Of a DNA stretch of 38,314 nucleotides, positions 35,089 through 38,314 are shown one piece after another. The notes below the pieces were generated by a model that saw only the letters and a list, made by a program, of their open reading frames with translations, was not told the origin of the DNA and ran no database searches. A program made the position numbers and the translations under genes. The DNA comes from Archangium sp. Lineage in GTDB: Bacteria; Myxococcota; Myxococcia; Myxococcales; Myxococcaceae. Numbering within the stretch: the first letter of the stretch is position 1; each line of letters opens with the position of its first letter. The stretch is from positions 1 to 38,314 of the forward strand of contig JANLPS010000316.1 of NCBI GenBank assembly GCA_031367385.1, given 5' to 3'.

Positions 35089-37134
35089 ATGAACCATCGC
35101 CTCCTCTGCGCAGCCGCCTTTGCGTTGGCCGCTTGCCCCGACAAGAAGACCGACGCCGTCACCCCTGTCACCCCCGGGGCTGCCCCCGTGGCGGCCGCGC
35201 CAACGCAGAGCGTCGACGCCGGTACCCATTCGACCGGGCTGAACCGTCTCAGCCGTGCCGATTTCAACCAACGCGCACAAGAACGCTTCACGCCGCTCTT
35301 CTGGCGCACCGACGAGAACCAGAACCAGACCCTCGACCCCGCTGAGCTGGTCGTGCTGGTGGGGCCGCAAGGCCTCAAGCGCGAAGACTTCGTCGACGCC
35401 AGCGGCTTCACCAAGCTCTTCTCCCAGACCTACGAGGCGCTGGTCACTCCGCTCGACTTCTCGAAGCTCGACCCCAACGAGAAGAAGCGCCGCGAGCTGA
35501 CCCAGCTCGAGCTCTCACAGGGCAGCCCCACGCTGGTCGAGAGCGACTTCTCGAAGTCGAGCGAGCAAGACCGGGCGATCATCACCCACCTGACCCGCGC
35601 GGCGACCCTGCTCGAGACCATTTACGCCAAGCAACTCGGCACCGAGGCGCTGAAGTCGCAGCTCGCCCCCAATGACCCGACGAGCCAGGCCGTGTTCTTT
35701 CGCAACCAGGGCCCCTGGTGCACGGCGCCGAAGACCGAGAACGACGCCGACTGCAACGCGTTGGCTTCGAAGCCGACCCGGGTCAGCGGCCTCTACCCAG
35801 CTGACATTCAGAAGAGCCCCGGCTTCTGCGAGAAGCTCGCCAAAGAGAAGAACGCCAAAGCCTTGATGGATCATTTCTCGACCGTGGTCGCCGACGGCAA
35901 GGGCTTCAAGACCGTGCCCTACAGCGAGGCGTACTCGACCGAGATGCAGGCCATCGCCAGCGAGCTGACCGCCGCCGCGACCGCCATCACCAGCGACGAT
36001 GAGAAGGCGTTCAAGGCCTACCTGCTCGACGCCGCCAAGGCCTTCACCACCAACGACTGGGAGAGCGCCAACGCCTCGTGGGTCGCGATGGGCCCGCAGA
36101 ACTCGAAGTGGTTTTTGCGCATCGCCCCCGACGAGGTCTACTACGAGCCCTGCGCGTGGAAGGCCGGCTTCGCGATGCAGCTGGCCCGCATCAACATGGA
36201 CTCGCTGGAGTGGCAGAAGAAGCTCGAGCCGGTCAAAGCCGACATGGAGAAGGCGTTGGCGGCGATGGCGGGCGCTCCGTACAAGGCGCGTGAAGTGAAG
36301 TTCAAGCTGCCCGACTTCATCGACGTGGTGCTCAACGCGGGAGATCAACGCAACCCCAGCGGCGCCACCATCGGTCAGTCATTGCCCAACTGGGGCAAGG
36401 TCGCTGAAAAAGGCGGCCGCACGGTCGCGATGACCAACCTCTACACCGACGCCGACAGCAACCAGACCTTCACGAGCCAGGTTCAGTCGCTGTTCTGCCC
36501 GACCACTGCCGCCCGCGTCGACACCGACCCCAAGTTCGCGCTGATCGGCACCGTGCTCCATGAGGCCGCCCACAACCTGGGCCCTGCGCACGAGTACAAG
36601 GTCAAGGGCAAGGTCGACGACGACGTCTTCGGCGGCCCCCTCGCCTCGACGCTCGAAGAGCTCAAGGCTCAGACCAGCTCGATGTACTTCAACGAGTGGC
36701 TCGCCGATCGCGGGGTCGTCTCGAAAGAAGACACCGTCAAGGCCCAGCTGCGAAACATCGCCTGGGCGTTCGGCCACATCTCGCGCGGCATGTACGACGG
36801 TGGCGGTAAGCCCAAAAACTACAGCCAGCTCGCCTCGATTCAAATGGGCACCCTCGTCAAGAACGGCGTGCTGGAGTGGAAGAAAGACGACAAGGCGGCG
36901 AACGGCACCGACCTGGGCTGCTTCGAGGTCGACCTCGAGAAGTGGCGGCCGGCGGTCGACGCGCTCACCAAGCGCGTGCTGATGATCAAGGCCTCGGGCA
37001 ACAGACGCGACGCCGAGGCCCTGATGGCCGAGTTCGTCGATGGCAAAGATGCCTGGGCCGACCTGCGGGTGACCATCACTAACCGGTGGCTTCGTGCCCC
37101 GAAGGCAACGTTCGTGTACAGCATCACGCCCTGA
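35089..37134 (+). CDS. M49 / dipeptidyl-peptidase III-like Zn peptidase lipoprotein (HExxH type)
   Basis: Lipobox LAAC; TIGQSLPN, LHEAAHNLGP and LEELKA motifs. Confidence 0.75.
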   Translation: MNHRLLCAAAFALAACPDKKTDAVTPVTPGAAPVAAAPTQSVDAGTHSTGLNRLSRADFNQRAQERFTPLFWRTDENQNQTLDPAELVVLVGPQGLKREDFVDASGFTKLFSQTYEALVTPLDFSKLDPNEKKRRELTQLELSQGSPTLVESDFSKSSEQDRAIITHLTRAATLLETIYAKQLGTEALKSQLAPNDPTSQAVFFRNQGPWCTAPKTENDADCNALASKPTRVSGLYPADIQKSPGFCEKLAKEKNAKALMDHFSTVVADGKGFKTVPYSEAYSTEMQAIASELTAAATAITSDDEKAFKAYLLDAAKAFTTNDWESANASWVAMGPQNSKWFLRIAPDEVYYEPCAWKAGFAMQLARINMDSLEWQKKLEPVKADMEKALAAMAGAPYKAREVKFKLPDFIDVVLNAGDQRNPSGATIGQSLPNWGKVAEKGGRTVAMTNLYTDADSNQTFTSQVQSLFCPTTAARVDTDPKFALIGTVLHEAAHNLGPAHEYKVKGKVDDDVFGGPLASTLEELKAQTSSMYFNEWLADRGVVSKEDTVKAQLRNIAWAFGHISRGMYDGGGKPKNYSQLASIQMGTLVKNGVLEWKKDDKAANGTDLGCFEVDLEKWRPAVDALTKRVLMIKASGNRRDAEALMAEFVDGKDAWADLRVTITNRWLRAPKATFVYSITP

Positions 37135-37149
37135 AGTACGGTGCGCGGC

Positions 37150-38314
37150 ATGTCTGTGACTGACACGCCGACGACCAGCGACAAAGTTCGCTATCAAGTC
37201 GACCGTTTTCTCTCGTGGAGCCCCTTCGCTCGTTTCTTGGGGCTCTTTGCGCTGTCGTTTTTGTTGATCACCTTCTGCGCGGTGCTCGCCAAGATCGTCG
37301 TCAAACCCGAAGAGGGCGAGACCTTCGACTTCTTCGAGGCGATGTGGTTCGCGATGACCCGCGTCGCTGACGCCGGCACCATGGGCGGTGACAAGGGCAC
37401 CCTCACCCGCATCGTCGCCACCATGGCCACGCTCTCTGGCGTCGGCGTGGTCGCCTTGCTGATTGGCCTCGTCTCATCGACCGTCGGCGAAAAGATCGAA
37501 GACCTGCGCAAGGGCCGCAGCCCGGTCATCGACGAAAACCACACGCTCATCTTGGGCTACAACGAAAAGGTGTTCGCGGTTCTACGCGAGCTGCGCGAGG
37601 CCAACTCGAATCAGCAGCACGCCGCGATCATCATTCTGAGCCAGACCGACAAAGAAGAGGTCGAGAACACCGTACGCGAGCGCATGGGCGACATGGGCGT
37701 CACCCGAGTCATCGTGCGGCAGGGCAGCCCCTTCTCGGTGCATGACCTGCGCAAGGTCGGCGCGGGCCGGGCGCGATCGATCATCGTGCTCGCTGACGAC
37801 AGCCACGGTGATCACAGCGACGCCGACGGCGCTGACATGGGCGCGATCAAGACCTTGCTCGCGCTGCGGCGAATACCCCCAGCGCTGATCAAGAACCACG
37901 TGGTGGTCGAGCTGCTCGACGCGAATCGCCGCTCGGTGGTCGAGAAGCTGGGCAACGGAGGCGTCGAAGTGGTCGCGATGGCCGAGACCCTGAGCCGCAT
38001 GATGGTGCAGACCGCCCGGCAAAACGGGCTCGCCGAGGTCTACCGGCACCTGCTCTCGTACGAGGGCAGCGAGTTCTATTTCAAGTCGTTCACCGAGCTC
38101 GAGGGCGTCAACTTCGGCGACGCTCAATGGAGAATGAAAGACGCGGTGGTCTGCGGCGTGCGCCGGCCGGGCAACGAGAACGAGCCCAGTCAGACCATTC
38201 TGAACCCGCCAGATCACTTCGTGCTCGATGCAGGCGATGAGCTGCTGGTGATCGCCGAAGACGACGACTCGTTCTCGCTGACCGCCTCGCACGAACCGGT
38301 CATCGCAGCAGCGT
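37150..38314 (+). CDS. CASTOR/POLLUX-like cation channel with RCK domains (partial; runs off the window and is absent from the ORF track)
   Basis: Manual translation MSVTDTPTTSDKVRYQVDRFLS…WFAMTRVADAGTMGGD…LRKGRSPVIDENHTLILGYNEK…RQGSP…DLRKV…ARSIIVLA…LLSYEGSEFY; no stop seen before the window end. Confidence 0.88.
   Translation, partial: MSVTDTPTTSDKVRYQVDRFLSWSPFARFLGLFALSFLLITFCAVLAKIVVKPEEGETFDFFEAMWFAMTRVADAGTMGGDKGTLTRIVATMATLSGVGVVALLIGLVSSTVGEKIEDLRKGRSPVIDENHTLILGYNEKVFAVLRELREANSNQQHAAIIILSQTDKEEVENTVRERMGDMGVTRVIVRQGSPFSVHDLRKVGAGRARSIIVLADDSHGDHSDADGADMGAIKTLLALRRIPPALIKNHVVVELLDANRRSVVEKLGNGGVEVVAMAETLSRMMVQTARQNGLAEVYRHLLSYEGSEFYFKSFTELEGVNFGDAQWRMKDAVVCGVRRPGNENEPSQTILNPPDHFVLDAGDELLVIAEDDDSFSLTASHEPVIAAA

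Overview
A GC-rich, gene-dense 38.3 kb chromosomal window, most likely from a myxobacterium (Myxococcota). This inference rests on the DAG/DGG-linker lipoproteins, the Cys-rich surface protein, an Oar-like TonB-dependent receptor, a TraB-like OmpA/TSP3 protein and a SWIM-SNF2 helicase. About 27 CDS are supported. They include a MarR + SWIM/SNF2 pair, a dienelactone hydrolase, Pal with a small lipoprotein, MarR, an RND-MFP-TolC-TetR efflux operon, a vanadium haloperoxidase/PAP2 lipoprotein, an 874-aa secreted metzincin-like protein, a Gcr-family membrane protein and a lipoprotein-TBDR-OB-fold lipoprotein operon. The right part holds DUF1697, a STAND-like ATPase/TPR protein, tesB, a Cys/Gly-rich lipoprotein, a desaturase, a methyltransferase, OmpA/TSP3, an M49-like peptidase and a CASTOR/POLLUX-like channel that the ORF track missed. 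No rRNA, tRNA, CRISPR array, transposase or prophage was found. The best candidate for an undescribed system is the three-gene TBDR operon (19852-24487), which carries a non-catalytic OB-fold lipoprotein and is bracketed by two related short repeats. Also notable are a frame-preserving amplification of the tolC/tetR junction, a decayed oxidoreductase remnant and several structured intergenic elements. All family calls come from motif recognition by eye; no database searches were run.
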